Assembly (NCBI RefSeq): GCF_020745735.1 | Contig: NC_083431.1 | Coordinates: 19,992,496 to 20,056,495 of the forward strand | Origin: Hemiscyllium ocellatum | Taxonomy: Eukaryota | Length of the DNA stretch: 64,000 nt | Direction of reading: 5' to 3' | Shown: one piece after another, positions 39,131 through 52,864 of the stretch | How the letters are laid out: each line of letters begins with the position of its first letter | Position numbering within the stretch: the stretch's first letter is position 1 | Program-made: the position numbers and the translations under genes | Notes under the pieces: model-generated | Database searches by the model: none | What the model was told of the DNA's origin: nothing | Seen by the model: the letters and a program-made list of their open reading frames with translations, nothing else

Positions 39131-40071
39131 AGATGTTACTGGTCTAACTAGGACCTTTCCTAGTGTTGGGAGAGGTCCATATAGGTCAGCAATGCTAAAT
39201 GTGTGCCATTGACTGGCAAAGCATCAGACTGTCACCAAAATGGGAACCTAATATTAAATGCTTTGGAACACAAAACTTACATATATTCTACAGTCACTAG
39301 TTTGCATCAAAGTTGAAATCTCAAATCCAAGAGAGTATCACTGCCTCTGATGACCAGAAGATGTTGATACTGCAATGCATTCTGCACTCGTGCTGTGGAA
39401 GTTGAATGTAAACGTGCCCGATCAAGAGCTTATTGTTATGTCTGAACCTGCATTCAAATGAAATGTAAGTTGTCAAATTAGTCCACTCCAACTTGGCAAG
39501 TGTACAAAACCAAGTGGTGTAATTTTGCAGTATAATTAAATTGCAGCACAACATTATGGGAAGAAATACCAAATGGCTCATTATATGCTCTACAGGACAG
39601 AATAACAAATGTCTTGGAAAAATAACATGTGCACTTGCTATTTTCCATTTATAGTGTACTATGGTCACTCTTCTGATCTCTCACTGGCAAAATCCTGTGG
39701 GAATTCTAGGTGTAGAACTTTACAATGAATTTTGCCAGAGTTCTACTGGAGTGGAAACATTGCCATATCACATGTTGGTCTCCCAGCTCAAATTAAGCCA
39801 TTAAGAGAGCAGCTTAGTTTTCCTATCATGCCCCATATCTAAGAAAAGCCAGGCATTTCTGCATGGTAATAGAAGGATGTACACAGGACATCATCTTGAA
39901 ATAGTTTTGCACATTGCAGTTGACAGTGTAGAACAGAATCGTAAATACCAGCAATGTCTCAGATTCAAATTCAGGTCTGCTATGCTGCAATCTCAGATAT
40001 GGCGTTAGCTAGTAAAATAAATATTGCCTTCAACTTGTGAGAGAAAATATCGTCAGTGCTGCCTGCCAGAA

Positions 40072-40073
<2 letters not shown>

Positions 40074-40109
<36 letters not shown>
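40074..40109. repeat. (GT)n microsatellite
   Basis: About 18 perfect GT units. Confidence 0.97.
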
Positions 40110-40112
<3 letters not shown>

Positions 40113-41654
40113 CCTCTCTTGCTGTCCAGGATTGATCCCAGAGCAAATTTACACTGGCATAGCCATAATGCAGCTGAACTACGAATCTTCAATTAGGGAA
40201 GAAAGTAATGGGGAGTATGGAGTTACACTATTGATTAGAATCAGTTAGCTCAATTGGTTTGCTGAATAGGTAGTAATGCTGGCAGCATGGGTTCTATTCC
40301 CAAGTGGAATGAGGTTACCACAAGGGTCCCACTTTTTCAACTTCACTCTTCATCTGAGGTGTGGTGTCCCTCAGGTTATCCCACCACCAATTGTCTCTCT
40401 CCAATGAGAGAGCAGCTTTAGAATAAATGTGACTTTACCTTACTATTGATAATGATAATACCTTTTAAAGACTGGAAAAAATAAGATTTTATTCTGAATG
40501 GGGATGCAGATTCCCCACAAAGTAAAAACACTAAAGGCACAAATATTTTAAATTTACTTTGTTTCTGCTCTATCAGATCATAATCATAAATCTATGAAAA
40601 CTGTTTTTTTAAAATGCCCTTCCTGTCTACAAAACTTGACATCCATATGCTACTTTGCCACTCTGTGAGTTATTGTCTTCCATTCCAGATGTAGAAATGT
40701 CAACTTATACAATGGAAAATAACTACATAAACTTAACATTTAATTACACCTCCAAACAGTAAGGTGGCACTGTGGCTCTTTATTTTTATATTGCTCAGAC
40801 TCAAATGCAAAGTCCTTTGTCCGAACCACTCCTCCTCCTTTCCTTTCCCAAATTGCACTACATGTTGATGTTTATCTATAATTACAATAAAATTAATGTA
40901 TTTTCTTCTAGCGACAGAATGCATGATTTTTAAAATGGGGATTAAATTACACTGGCTCACCTTGGCCCTCACATCAACAAATCCTGGCTCCTTATCTGTG
41001 ACAACTCAGAGCTTCGACTATTAATTTAAAATTACAGTTCATATTTATAGCCATTCCTATTATTATTATTATCATCATTCCCTTTTCATACTTTTAACCC
41101 TCAACCTAATGTATTTTGTATAGCATTGCTTTCTGGTCCAGTTAGTTGTCCACAAGTTTGCAAAATCTCAGCACTCACTTAGAAGGGGATTGTAGGCAGT
41201 TTGGGTCTGCACTTATAAATATAATACATATGTTGCAACTGTAGCTTTAGTCCCTGGGATTAAAAAGGTTTCCTCTGTTGCCATCTCTCACCAGATATAA
41301 TATTTGGAAAGTGGTGGCTTCTATCAGTTAAACTCATTCAAGGTAAACAAGTTTATATCCATAAACTAAGTGAAAGGGGACTATAAAAACTTAACATTAC
41401 TTCTGAAAGCATGTTAATGATGTAAAAGCAATTTGACACTTCATAGTTCCATAGAGCAATCAGTATAAATCAACACTGATTCATATTTAATGATTACTCA
41501 ATTGGATTGACCTTGAAACTTACCATTCACTAGCTGGACATTAATTATCGGAAACTATAGGTGGGATCTTACAGGGTTGGAGCAACGTGAACTGTTGTGA
41601 GATTTGTGGCAGGATCAGGTGAGAAGCCCAATGAAGCCCAATATCAAGAGCATT

Positions 41655-42020
41655 AGGGGGAGGCAATGGCCTGTTAATCCAGAAACCCTGGTATGTTCTG
41701 GGGACTCAGGTTCATATCCTGCCATGGCAGATGGTAGAACTTGAATTCAGTAAAACAAAATATCGATTTAAAAGGCTAATGAAGACCACGAATCCATTGC
41801 CAATTGTTTGGGGGGGTGGGGGGAGGAAAGAAGAAACCCACCTGGTTCACTAATGTCCCTTTTGGGAAGGAAACTGCTGTCCTTACCTGGTCTGGCCTAC
41901 ATGGGACTCCAGACGCACAGCAATGTGGTTGACTTTTAAGTGCCCTCTGGGTAATTGGGGAGGGAGAATGCATGCTGACCTAGCCAGTGATGGCCTCATC
42001 CTATGAATGATTTTTTTTTA
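41655..42020 (+). mobile_element. tRNA-derived SINE, second family
   Basis: ggttcatatcc B-box-like site; same body and tail as 12210-12550. Confidence 0.7.
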
Positions 42021-43512
42021 AATTCACTTAATCTTTTATGTTTTTGACAAGTAACACAGAGAGTTTGTCACTCAGGAGCACAGAATTACTAAATAAAGGG
42101 GGGTTATTGGTTGTTAAAAGCCCTATTAGAGAACCAATGCAGCTCAATATTATTCTGCTCCCTACCTTATCAAACGCACCAAGAAGGCTAGACATCGAGA
42201 GCACTCAGCATGGAGATCAAATGGGTACCTGGCAGATTTACTTTGTGCTTGCTCTGACTGACCTCCATGTGGACACCAACATTTCAGGGCACATTCCACA
42301 GGCTCCTGTCACACACACACCCTATATCTATGGGTATCTGATATGGGCCAGCCTCTAATAGTCCTCATGGCACATCTCTGGTCAATTTACGTCTGCATTT
42401 CAATGCTGCCATCTTGGGCTGGGCCAGTAACTCTCATTGTAATGCTGCAGTAAGGACATGGTGTGCTCAGGGACCATATGCAACTCAGGCTGCGTCTCTG
42501 CATTCTTTGCTCATTATCTTAGTGCATGTTCCCTCTGAGCACTTCTATCATGTTTACAGTAATCCCGTCTTACCTTTTTGCATTTTGCCTCTCCATTGGA
42601 GGTTCGTATTTCTTTTGTCTTGTTGTTTTGTGCAGACCCAATGGGAGGAAGCTCCTCACAGTTGTCAGGAGGCCTCAGTCAAGTAAAGGGAAATAGCCTT
42701 CGCTCAGGGGGTCCTGACAGAGTAAGGTCAAGGACAGCCTCCCTCTGCAGGATCCCTGCCTGAAAAGCAGGGTTTCCTTTTCCCTTTATTTGCTATATCG
42801 AGGGCAAATATGAGAAACTGTGCAGGGCAGCTCCAGACTGACAGTACTTGTCCGGGTGTACAACCACCTTTTAAATATGGCGAAGGGATAAAATATGCGG
42901 TTAATTCCGGGATATCCCAGCAATGGTGAGTTGTTCCTGGAATAGCACATGAAATCAGATGCAAGGAATGCTGTTAAGGTGGGATAGGTAGTTAATGAGT
43001 TTGGTGAGATAAGGTGAGAAAGCTCACCGGGCTTTGCAGCAATAAATTTTTCAAACAAAAAAGCTCGACACAGCCTGCACTTAGCCTAAAAGATATAAGA
43101 TTCAGCCCTACGTTCATGTGCAGTTCAAGTCATTGCACTTAGAGCACCCCAAATGGTGGAGATTGTTTAAAAGTGGGGATTATGATGATAAAACAAATAG
43201 CTCATATACCAGTTGAGTATGAGAGCTGAACCAAAAACCAAAGATTTAAGACAAAGAATCAAAACATTCAGCACACATTTCTCAATGACAGCTTCAGTCT
43301 GAATGAAGTGGAAACAGAATTCCTCATTGATCCTTTTTATGTTTTCTTTAAGAATAAAATCTCATTCAAAGTCTTGCCTCTCAAAAGAATACAATAAATT
43401 CGAACGGTTGGTACTCAGCAGGTTTGCATGCTGAATGCAGAGATCAATCATTGTAAACACATCTGTCATGGAGCAAACACTGTAGTAAAAGAACACCTCT
43501 TGTCTTTTGCAG

Positions 43513-43577
43513 GCAGTAAAACACCTCTCCAGTCTTTCCTGGGAATTGCAGAACAACATGTTGGACCACACAATGGG
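43513..43577 (+). CDS. ANKRD13B: ANKRD13B coding exon (GSKTPLQSFLGIAEQHVGPHNG)
   Basis: tcttttgcag| acceptor, GGG|gtttgt donor; 65 nt, phase 1 to 0; ORF 43428..43628. Confidence 0.92.
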
Positions 43578-43996
43578 GTTTGTATTGAAACTTATGTTCT
43601 GTTGCCTCAGCCAAAGTGTTTGTTATAGTTTATAGATGGCATGGTATTAACTTTGACTCATAATCTCCAATCAGTTCGTGGCATGTTATAAACCTAATTT
43701 CTCTTAAAATACAGTATTTCAGGAATATGTTCTTGGTAGAAGTGCTACTTAATTTGTCATGCACAGGAAATACGAATGCTGGAAAAATGTCATTTTTACA
43801 ATAAGGAACCTCATTGACTTTGAATAGTGCAGGACCCTGCCCATATTTGAAAGACCAGGAGAGAAGACTTTGCAAATTAAATGGTGATTCAAAGGTGCTG
43901 AGGTTGGGTTTGCATTTGGTTGTGCATTGTGTTAAAGAACTGTACCAATTACAGTAGATAAATTTATAAATTTACCAATTTATATCCATTTATTTA

Positions 43997-44487
43997 TGGT
44001 CTCCCTGTTATAGGAAAGATATTATGAAGCTGGAGAGGGTTCATAAAAGATATACCAGGATGTTGCTGGAGTGAAAGACTTGAGTTATAAGGAGAGGCTG
44101 GAACATTTTTCACTGGAGTTTAGGAAGTTGAAGGGGTGACCTTATAGAGGTTTATAAAATCACGAGGGCTACACATGAATGGCAGGTGTCTTTTCCCTAG
44201 GTTGAGGGATTTCAAGACTATGGGGCATGAGATGAGAAAGATATAGAAAAGACATGAGGGGCAACATTTTTTCACAGAGTAGTTCACGTGTGGAGTGAAC
44301 TTCCAGAGGAAGTGATGGATGCAGGTGCAGTTACAACGTTTAAAATATATTTGGAGAAGTACACGAATGAAAAGTGTTTGGAAGGAAATGGGACAAATGT
44401 AGGCAGGTGGGACTAGTTTAGTTCAGGATTATGGTCAACATGGACTGATTGGACCGAAGGGTCTGTTTCCGTGCTGTATGACTCTAC
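43997..44487 (+). mobile_element. CR1 LINE 3' fragment
   Basis: ggtctccctgttataggaaagat...ggggtgaccttatagaggtttataaaat...ctgtatgactcta tail. Confidence 0.82.
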
Positions 44488-45119
44488 AGCTAGGACAAGG
44501 ATAGCTGGAAAGGGAAAGGAGTCCTCTACAGGTTCTCATGGTCATACTATCAGCATAAGCAGCCAAGCGCGTTGTTGCTCCAAGGTTTCTGTTGGCCATC
44601 TGTGCTAAGTGTTGGGAAAACCCCTGTGAAAACTTTATTGACTATGGACCCAATTGAGCAAACTGTTAGCATTTGTGGAAAGCAGTAACCAATCAACCAG
44701 CAAAGTCTCTGTGAATCAAACCCTCACTTGTGCTTTAATCTGCCTGCACTTCTGCCTCCACTAGAAGGCCCTTTGTTCATAGTCATTCATTTAGTTTCTA
44801 TTTTAGGATTTTCAAGGATCTTCAGTAAAGCTTTGAGAGTTATGTTGTGCCTTTCAGTCCAAGTTTACAGTGATTGAATAAGTCACAGGGGTTTATTTTA
44901 TTTGAGACTTTCCTTGGCATTTTTATGGTTACATCCCTAGTTCTCTCACTCTCCGTTGAAAACTGCAATCGGTAACCCAATGCTTTGATTGAATTGGTTT
45001 GCAGATTGATTCAATGAGACTGAGTTATGTTGAGCTACTGGTTCATTGTGTTGAATCCAACCCTTTGTAATATGTGCTCAAACTTGTGTAATGTAGTTTG
45101 TCATCATCTTGTGATCCAG

Positions 45120-45250
45120 GCATTCATTACTCAGACATTCAGCAATACCAATCCAACATCCATTACTCCGGAGGAGTACTTCAACTCGAGCTTTGACCTG
45201 GGAAGTCGCGATATTGGACGTTCCATGGAGCTCACCACAAAAACACAGAA
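45120..45250 (+). CDS. ANKRD13B: ANKRD13B coding exon (AFITQTFSNTNPTSITPEEYFNSSFDLGSRDIGRSMELTTKTQK)
   Basis: gatccag| acceptor, GAA|gtaagc donor; 131 nt, phase 0 to 2; ORF 45027..45254. Confidence 0.93.
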
Positions 45251-46299
45251 GTAAGCTGAAAGCCTCTATTATTGTCTGTAATTGCTAATAAATACACTGC
45301 AATTTCCTGTTACATGCTCTGGTATAATATGACAAATCCATAATAGGAGTGCTACTCCCTTTTACTATGCACTGTAACGTTTTACACAAAACCCTGCTCT
45401 CTTCTTACCATAAAACAAACCCAGAATTATGATCTCAGTTTCAAGTTACCAGACAGAGGAGTTAAATTGAATCTCAGCATTGTGGTGATATTTACCCAGC
45501 TCAGAGAAAATAGCTTGCATTTATGTAGTGCCTTTGACACAGCAAAATACCCCAAGTTGCTTCACGGTAACTTATGTGCAAAAGGTCTTGAATAAGTTAG
45601 CACTGGGTAAACCCAGGACTGACGTTAGGAATATGTTGAGTCAGAGAATGAATAGAGAGCAAATCCGTTAAAAAAAATTGTTGAAATTTAGATTAAAGGA
45701 TAATTATTCAGATTGGAGGAACGTAGAGAATACATCTCCACAAACATTATGTTGGAATCAATATCACTCATAATTTACATCAATATTTTGGACTTTTGTA
45801 CAAGTAGCTCAACGTCAGATTTTGAAAATGCTACAACTGAGGGTTAAAGCTGAGACAAACACTTCTGGTCTGGAACTTTCAAAATAAAATCCTTCCACTG
45901 AAGTAACATATTACCTAATTTTTCTTGGGGAAAACTGCTTTCTCTTGGAGAAACTGTTTAATCTAACTTCCATCAGGAACTCGTGAACTGAAACAAAAGT
46001 TTCGAAATTATGTGTTTCCACCAAGGCAAAAAAAATCCTGAACTCTCTGAACTGAAAGCAAGCTAATGCTCCTCACTGTTTACTCTGACAACTCATAAAA
46101 CTGGCACTATTATACAAATATCCATTTTCACACAAGAAATTCTCTCTCTCATGCTGGTTGAAAGAAAATTGCGGCTTTGGAAATATTGACAAGTTAACAA
46201 TTAAAGCTCTTTATACACACTGAACAAAACCCACATGCCACTAGTTCAAAATCCAAACTCTAAAATAAATTATATTCATATATATATAAATCACACACT

Positions 46300-48930
46300 T
46301 TACATCATAACTCTCCCCAAAAGTGAAAATGTATCTTTAAGAGACATTTTTGTGCCCAGATATCACTATCTTAAAACTATTTCTGTGTCATACAAACAGT
46401 GGTGATGTATTGTTTTTAAACAAACAATGAGTTGCTCAGCAACCATATTTTACATAAGTCCATGTACACACTGAACTCGGTGTCCTGCAAATTTGGTCTT
46501 GATAAATTGTCTGCAATAATATTCATTTTCTTTCAACAGATGAATAGGTTTCAAATTATATAGTTGGAGAATTAAGCTCCAATGAAACAACTGTAAATTT
46601 TTGTCCCAAAATTGTTCCAAGTAAATCCAAACATTATGAGCCATATAAATAACAGTATCTTCCACAGTGTTGGTAATGTATATTTCAAAATGATATACAG
46701 CAATACAAGATTCAATTTGACTTTCTATATCATTGACTATTTTTTTGTATGTGGTCAGTTTCTTTGAAAAAATAATGAATCGGCCATTTGATCCCCATCT
46801 TGCCATTTTGTAGTGAAACAGCCTCCACCTGTGTGGTTGATAGCCCGACTCTCAGGATTCAAAAGAATCCATTGAATACAAAGAAGCCATTGTGGAGTTA
46901 TTGGGTGCATCCCTAATGGTAAACAATCACAAAGAAATTCCTATATCCTAGTCACTATTATTGACAAAAAGCTTTAATCATGGTCTTTTCAATACATCTT
47001 GAGATTATGGGTGATAAGCAAAAGATGTAAACTATTTTATTCTAAAATTATTCTTAATTCTTTGAATATTTGGGACATAAAGTTAAAACCTTAATTTTTT
47101 TGTACTCCATATCTTTAAACAAACATTGAGCTAACCTTTCTACTATCATGATTGCACTAATTGTTTCTAAAGGCACTGTTTTAGGAAATCTTGTAGGAAC
47201 ATCCATAATCATTAAAAGATATTGATTCTCATTCCTGGTTTTAGATAGTGGTCCTACAATAAGCATTAAGACCTTGCTAAATCATAAGCTGGTCTCAGAA
47301 TTAAAGACACAGGTGTAATTCAGAGTCAGGGTTTCCCTACTGCCTGCCATAGATGGCATGTTTACCAAACTTTGATCACATCTTTATGTAACCCTGACCA
47401 ACAATTTCATCGCATCTTTATATAACCCTGACCAACAAAATTTGAATATTTTAGCTCATGTTTTCCTAATACCTAAGTGACCTATCAAGCCACTTGTAAA
47501 ATTCCATTAATCACTCAAATGGAACTACCGCCACATTGACTGGTATTTGAGGTGGTCTCCATTTCCTCATTTGTTTTTTGCCTTTCAAATATTAACACTC
47601 AAGTATTGTTTCTGTTTCACCTTCTCAGTACAGTATTGGATATGACTGTTTATAATTCCAAATTCATTTAACAACCTGAGGTTTCTAAATCTTTTCCACA
47701 GTTTAAATTTTCTTCCTGTCTAATTCTGTGAACCTGAAATCCAGACACACTTAAGAAATAATCGAGGATATTCCTCCTGTAACATTTCAGTTTATTTTAC
47801 CCCCACTGGCGAGATCAATATTCGTGAAACTGTCAGTTCCTTTTCCAAAATAAAGTCAAATTCTTCTGCAGGAATTTGTTTTACTCCTCCCAATATAACT
47901 ACTCCATTTACTAACTTACTCTTTAATCCAACACTGCAAAATGAGACTGGAAATTAAGCCTTCTTTATCTCCAATTACTGTATATACTTGAGTAATAGTT
48001 GATCTAATGTAAAAGTTGACCCCCTATTTTTGGCCAAATAATCTGGAATTTTCCATAAATATTGTGTGAAAGTCGACCCTAGTTCTTCACAGATAACAGG
48101 TCAACAATTATGAATCAGTGTGCCAGCCGTCACACCCCAATCCAGCTTTCCAATCTGCTGGTTGTTCTGCCCAGCTCCTGATCTTCCAATCCGCAAGCTG
48201 GTTGAGTTCCCCTCCAGGTCTTCAGAATTACCATAATTCATTTTTTTTCCCCCTTCATTCATTAAGAGATCAGTTGGGTTTCTGCTAATGGTACTGTATG
48301 AATTTTGATGGCCATGAACTTCAGCTCCTCAAAATTAGTATCCATGCAACAGTTGACCCCATAAATTTAACCTTAAAATGTAGTTTTAAAATTTGACCAT
48401 TACTTGAGTATATACGGTAGTATTTTCTTGCTCATTAGCCCCTCTTAAAGGCAAGTAGTATCATCAGCTAACATCACTGATTGACTTGCTACAGCAATAT
48501 CTTTATTGTTTTTCCCTCTCGATTAGATTCAGAAGGAAATGCTTCTCTTTTTGAGATAAAATTCTCAGAACCTTCAGTGATCTGAATCTCCTGCTCAATA
48601 TTCAAAAGTAATCCTCATGACTTCCTGAGCCACCTTCCGGTCTGTACATTCCAAGGAATCGTTCTCCTTGTACCACTACTACAGTTTTAATACCTATATC
48701 CTTTCCGGCCGCCTCATTTTCTGAAGATTCCCTAGACATTCTTATTACTACAATTAGTATCGCATTTAACTTCCAGTGATTTGGTATGGTCCAGTCTTAT
48801 TACAATGGAAGCATGTTATCTTTATTTTTGTTGTGTTCCAGTCTTTTTCCTTAATTATTTTGCTATCCTTCTAAAATGGGAACTTCTCCCATTGACTTGT
48901 CCAGTTATCTGTGTTTGTCACACTTTCTAT
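46300..48930 (-). mobile_element. Highly decayed LTR retrotransposon interior (Gypsy/Gmr1-like gag-PR-integrase)
   Basis: Minus-strand remnants: GHLGIRKT (about 47460-47485), a CH..QAVGKP-like segment (47330-47370), VGPLSKTRNENQYLLMIMD..TRFP..VPL (ORF 47054..47266), AYHP*SQ (47000-47020). Confidence 0.62.
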
Positions 48931-49614
48931 ATATCATATTTACTACCTGTGGACTGGATTGGAAACAATACTGCTCTAATTAATAAAGATAGCTTAACGT
49001 TTATATAAAACCTTCCATGTCCTCAGGATACCCTGAAGTGTTTTACAGCCGATTAAATACTTTTGTGTAATCATGGTTGTAATTTAGGGTAAATTTAACA
49101 AAATAAAATCAGCACCTATCGGTGAAATGCATGCAAATTTGAGGTTGGAAACAGAGCATAAAGCAAAGCAAATAGCAAATTACAGAGTTCATTATAAAAT
49201 CATTACTTTGATGACAAGATGTAAGTAAAATATTACTGTTTTGCTCATGTTATCTCATCTGGGAATATATTGTTCTGTCAAACAGAACAGTTGCACATGT
49301 TTCATAGATTGCTATATTCTGAAGTACAGCAAACTGAAATCAACTCCAAAGATTGACAATTTTCAAATGGAAAGGGTACATCACAGAACAATTTTCTGGA
49401 GCACTGTGTTTTTATGACATGCTGCAGAAAGTGATCGTGCATAAAATGCTCTTTTGAAACAAAGCTAGGTAGTGACTGAATTGTTGGTCTTTCATTGTTG
49501 AAGTTCTGCTCTTATTAAAGCCTGGTAAAAACAATGACTGCAGATGCTGGAAACCAGATTCTGGATTAGTAGTGCTGGAAGAGCACAGCAGTTCAGGTAG
49601 CATCCAAGGTACAG

Positions 49615-49653
49615 TGAAATCGACGTTTCGGGCAAAAGCCCTTCATCAGGAAT
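49615..49653 (-). ncRNA. Minimal hammerhead ribozyme motif (family A)
   Basis: Minus strand: auuc-CUGAUGA-A-GGGC-UUUU-GCCC-GAAA-CGUC-gauuu. Confidence 0.68.
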
Positions 49654-50172
49654 AAAGGCAGTGAGCCTGAAGCGTGGAGAGATAAGCTGGAGGAGGGTGG
49701 CGGTGGGGAGAAAGTAGCATAGAATACAATGGATGAGTGGGGGAGGGGATGAAGGTGATAGGTCAGGGAGGAGAGGGTGGAGTGGATAGGTGGAAAAGGA
49801 GATAGGCAGGTAGGACAAGTCCAGACAAGTCATGGGGACAGTGCTGAGCTGGAAGTTTGGAACTAGGGTGTAGTGGGGGAAGGAGAAATAAGGAAACCGT
49901 TGAAGTCCACATTGATGCCCTGGGGTTGAAGTTTCCTCATTTCCCCTTCCCCCACCTCACCCGAGTTCCAAACTTCCAGCTCAGCACTGTCCCCATGACT
50001 TGTCCGGACTTGTCCTACCTACATCTCCTTTTCCACCTATCCACTCCACCCTCTCCTCCCTGACCTATCACCTTCATCCCCTCCCCCACTCACCCATTGT
50101 ACTCTATGCTTCTTTCTCCCCACCCCCACCCTCCCCTAGCTTATCTCTCCACGCTTCAGGCTCTCTGCCTTC

Positions 50173-50208
50173 ATTCCTGATGAAGGGCTTTTGCCCGAAA
50201 CGTCGATT
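50173..50208 (+). ncRNA. Minimal hammerhead ribozyme motif (family A), sense to ANKRD13B
   Basis: CTGATGA 50177-50183, stem II GGGC/GCCC, GAAA 50197-50200, CGTC. Confidence 0.68.
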
Positions 50209-51529
50209 TCACTGTACCTTGGATGCTGCCTGAGCTGCTGTGCTCTTCCAGCACCACTAATCCAGAATCTTATTAAAGCCTCTATCCTCACCAACAACTC
50301 CTCCACCTCTCCCCCAATACCACTGCCAACTTGATTAGATCCAAAACGTCAACTAGAAGGGAATACCGGTACTTTATAATTTATGAGCTTTCTTAGATAC
50401 ACACAGATATTGTCCTGATCAGTTACTTCTCGGCTGATCTTAGAGTTAATTGTGGAACTCACATCTGAGTTAGCAGGTAGTATTTTTAAGTCCTACTCCA
50501 AAGACTGAATACTCAGGGGCAAGAATAATAAAAAAATATAAATATTCAATTATCTTGCTCTTGCTATGTAAATTGTTTCAGTTTTCAGTTGTTTCTTCCT
50601 TCACTACCTTGGTAAATTGTTCTGTGTTACTGCCTGCCTCTGTCTCAAATTGAGAGTTTGTTTTAAGCTACAGGGAATGAGCATGAAAATCAAGGTTCAC
50701 ACATGAAGTAACATATTGTAAATACTACATTAAAAGAAATGGGGAGCATTTTCAAAGATTACACAAAAGTGGCCTTAAATCAATTTGTGTTTAAGCTCTG
50801 TTCTCTAATCTGAGCTTAGACCGTTGGGTTTTTTAAGAAAGAAAACTCTTTCATGGGATGAGCGTGTTGCTGGTCTTAGTCGGGATGCTCAGAAATACTC
50901 AAACATAATCATCGAACTGTCTGTATAGATCAATATCTGTCCATTGCAGATCTCTCCTACTGCCTTTCCATTTCAGTGAATGACACAATAGGCTTGCCAT
51001 CATTTCTATCATTGTATAGATCCAGAGCCAGCACATAGTTCAGGAGAGATTCTTATCTTTAGTTAAAAGGACGGTGTGTATGTGGAACAGATTGCCAACA
51101 TGAATGATGGAACAAGAAACATTATAGGCTTCGTGAAGTAACCTTCGTGGACAGGTCTTTACCAACAAATAGGATGCAGATTAATGTAAGAGAGCCATGA
51201 AATATAGCGGCTAAGTGCACTAACAGGACCACGAGGCTGCTCTTCTGCTACTGTGATTACAAACCATGGCAACTTACAATATTCTTTCAGCTCTCACAAT
51301 GGTTTAGTGGATAGTTGTATTAGATGCTGCAATATTGAGCTTCTCCAATGGTGTCCTTCATACGCATGGCAATGCAGCTTCGAACATATCACTTAATCAT
51401 CATGGCAATTGTGGTGTATTGTCACAGATGTCAATGCAGGGAAATGTCTCTTCATTCTGACCAACAAAGAAATCTGCCAGAATAACAAAGGTTTGCATGT
51501 TATAGTTTGTCTAATTTAATTTAGAACAC

Positions 51530-52050
51530 TTTACCAAAGCGGTCTAAAGGAATGATATAGTGGCAATGGAGGCAAGGAACCTTCTCTGTATTAGATTGAT
51601 CCCAAGGATGGGGAAATTTTCTTGTAAGGACAGGTTGAGGATATTGGGTGTATATGCATTGAAGTTTAGAAGATTGATAGGTGACCTTTATTAAAACACG
51701 GATGATTCTTAGGGGACTTGACAGGATGGACGTCGAGAGGATGATTCCCCTCAGAGATGAGCATAGGAGCGCGGACATTATTTCAGGATAAGGGGCCACT
51801 CTTATCAGGCATAGGAATTTCTTCTGTCTCAGGGTAATGAATCTGTGGAATTCTTTACCCCAGAGAACTTTCAAGGTTGGTCAATAATTTGATCCAAGAC
51901 TGACTGAGTTTTAATCAGTAAAGGAATCAAGGTGTCTGGGAAACTGCAGGAAAATGGAGTTGAGGATTATCAGAGCAGCCAAGATCTTATTGCATGGTGG
52001 AGCAGATTCAATGGGTGAATGGCCTAATTCGATTCCAACATCTTATGGTC
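51530..52050 (+). mobile_element. Old CR1 LINE 3' fragment
   Basis: agaagattgataggtgacctt...gaatctgtggaattctttaccccagaga. Confidence 0.65.
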
Positions 52051-52249
52051 TTAAACAATACCTGTTTGAAGTTGAGCACTTTAGTGAGATGAGGCCTTTG
52101 TCAATATTCCTCCTCTATCCAGAAGGCATCAAACCCTTGGTGCTTGGTTGTCCTACCTCACTTAAACAAGTAATTGCTAAACACATTTGAACTTCAACAG
52201 GAAGTGAAACCTACTTTAAGAGCAAAAGTAGACTAAAGACCTCTCAAGC

Positions 52250-52465
52250 TGAAAATGTGTTGCTGAAAAAGCGCAGCAGGTCAGGCAACATCCAGGGAAC
52301 AGGAGATTCGACGTTTCGGGCATAAGCCCTTCTTCAGGAATTATGAAGGGCTTATGCCCGAAACGTCGAATCTCCTGTTCCCTGGATGCTGCCTGACCTG
52401 CTGCGCTTTTTCAGCAACACATTTTCAGTTCTGATCTCCAGCATCTGCAGACCTCACTTTCTCCT
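52250..52465. mobile_element. Fold-back PLE-terminus element (family A)
   Basis: 16-bp TSD taaagacctctcaagc at 52234-52249 and 52466-52481; near-perfect inverted arms. Confidence 0.88.
52306..52341 (-). ncRNA. Minimal hammerhead ribozyme motif (family A)
   Basis: Minus strand: AUUC-CUGAAGA-A-GGGC-UUAU-GCCC-GAAA-CGUC-GAAU; stem I AUUC/GAAU. Confidence 0.72.
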
Positions 52466-52864
52466 TAAAGACCTCTCAAGCCTACTCCAGGGTTGTAGCT
52501 GATTTTGTGCCTTATCTCTTCATATCCCTCAATGCCTCGAGAACTAAAACTCAATCTATCTCTGCCTTAAGTATACTTAACCCTGCAGAATCCACAGGCT
52601 TCTGACTAAGAGAATTCCAAAGCATCTCAACCCTCCGAATGGAAAAAAAATCCTTCTCAGTTGTAAATCGCCAGTCCTTTACCCTGAAACTCTGCCGAGT
52701 GTTTTTGACTCACAAGCCATTCAACATATTTTCTCACTGTCTGTTCTGTAAAGCCCCTTCAGAATATCTTATGTTTCAATGAAGTTACCTCATTGTTCTA
52801 AACTCCACAGATTGGAGAATGAATTTTCCTGATCATAGGATGACCCATTTGGGAACCAGTCAAG

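Larger units (their letters stand above)
49524..50267. mobile_element. Large fold-back PLE element (family A), about 320-bp inverted arms
   Basis: Perfect 14-bp TSD tcttattaaagcct at 49510-49523 and 50268-50281; intact hammerhead cores on both strands. Confidence 0.88.

Noticed and set aside
40240-40445. Possible third tRNA-derived SINE remnant
   Set aside because: Single, very degenerate copy with only weak A/B-box resemblance.
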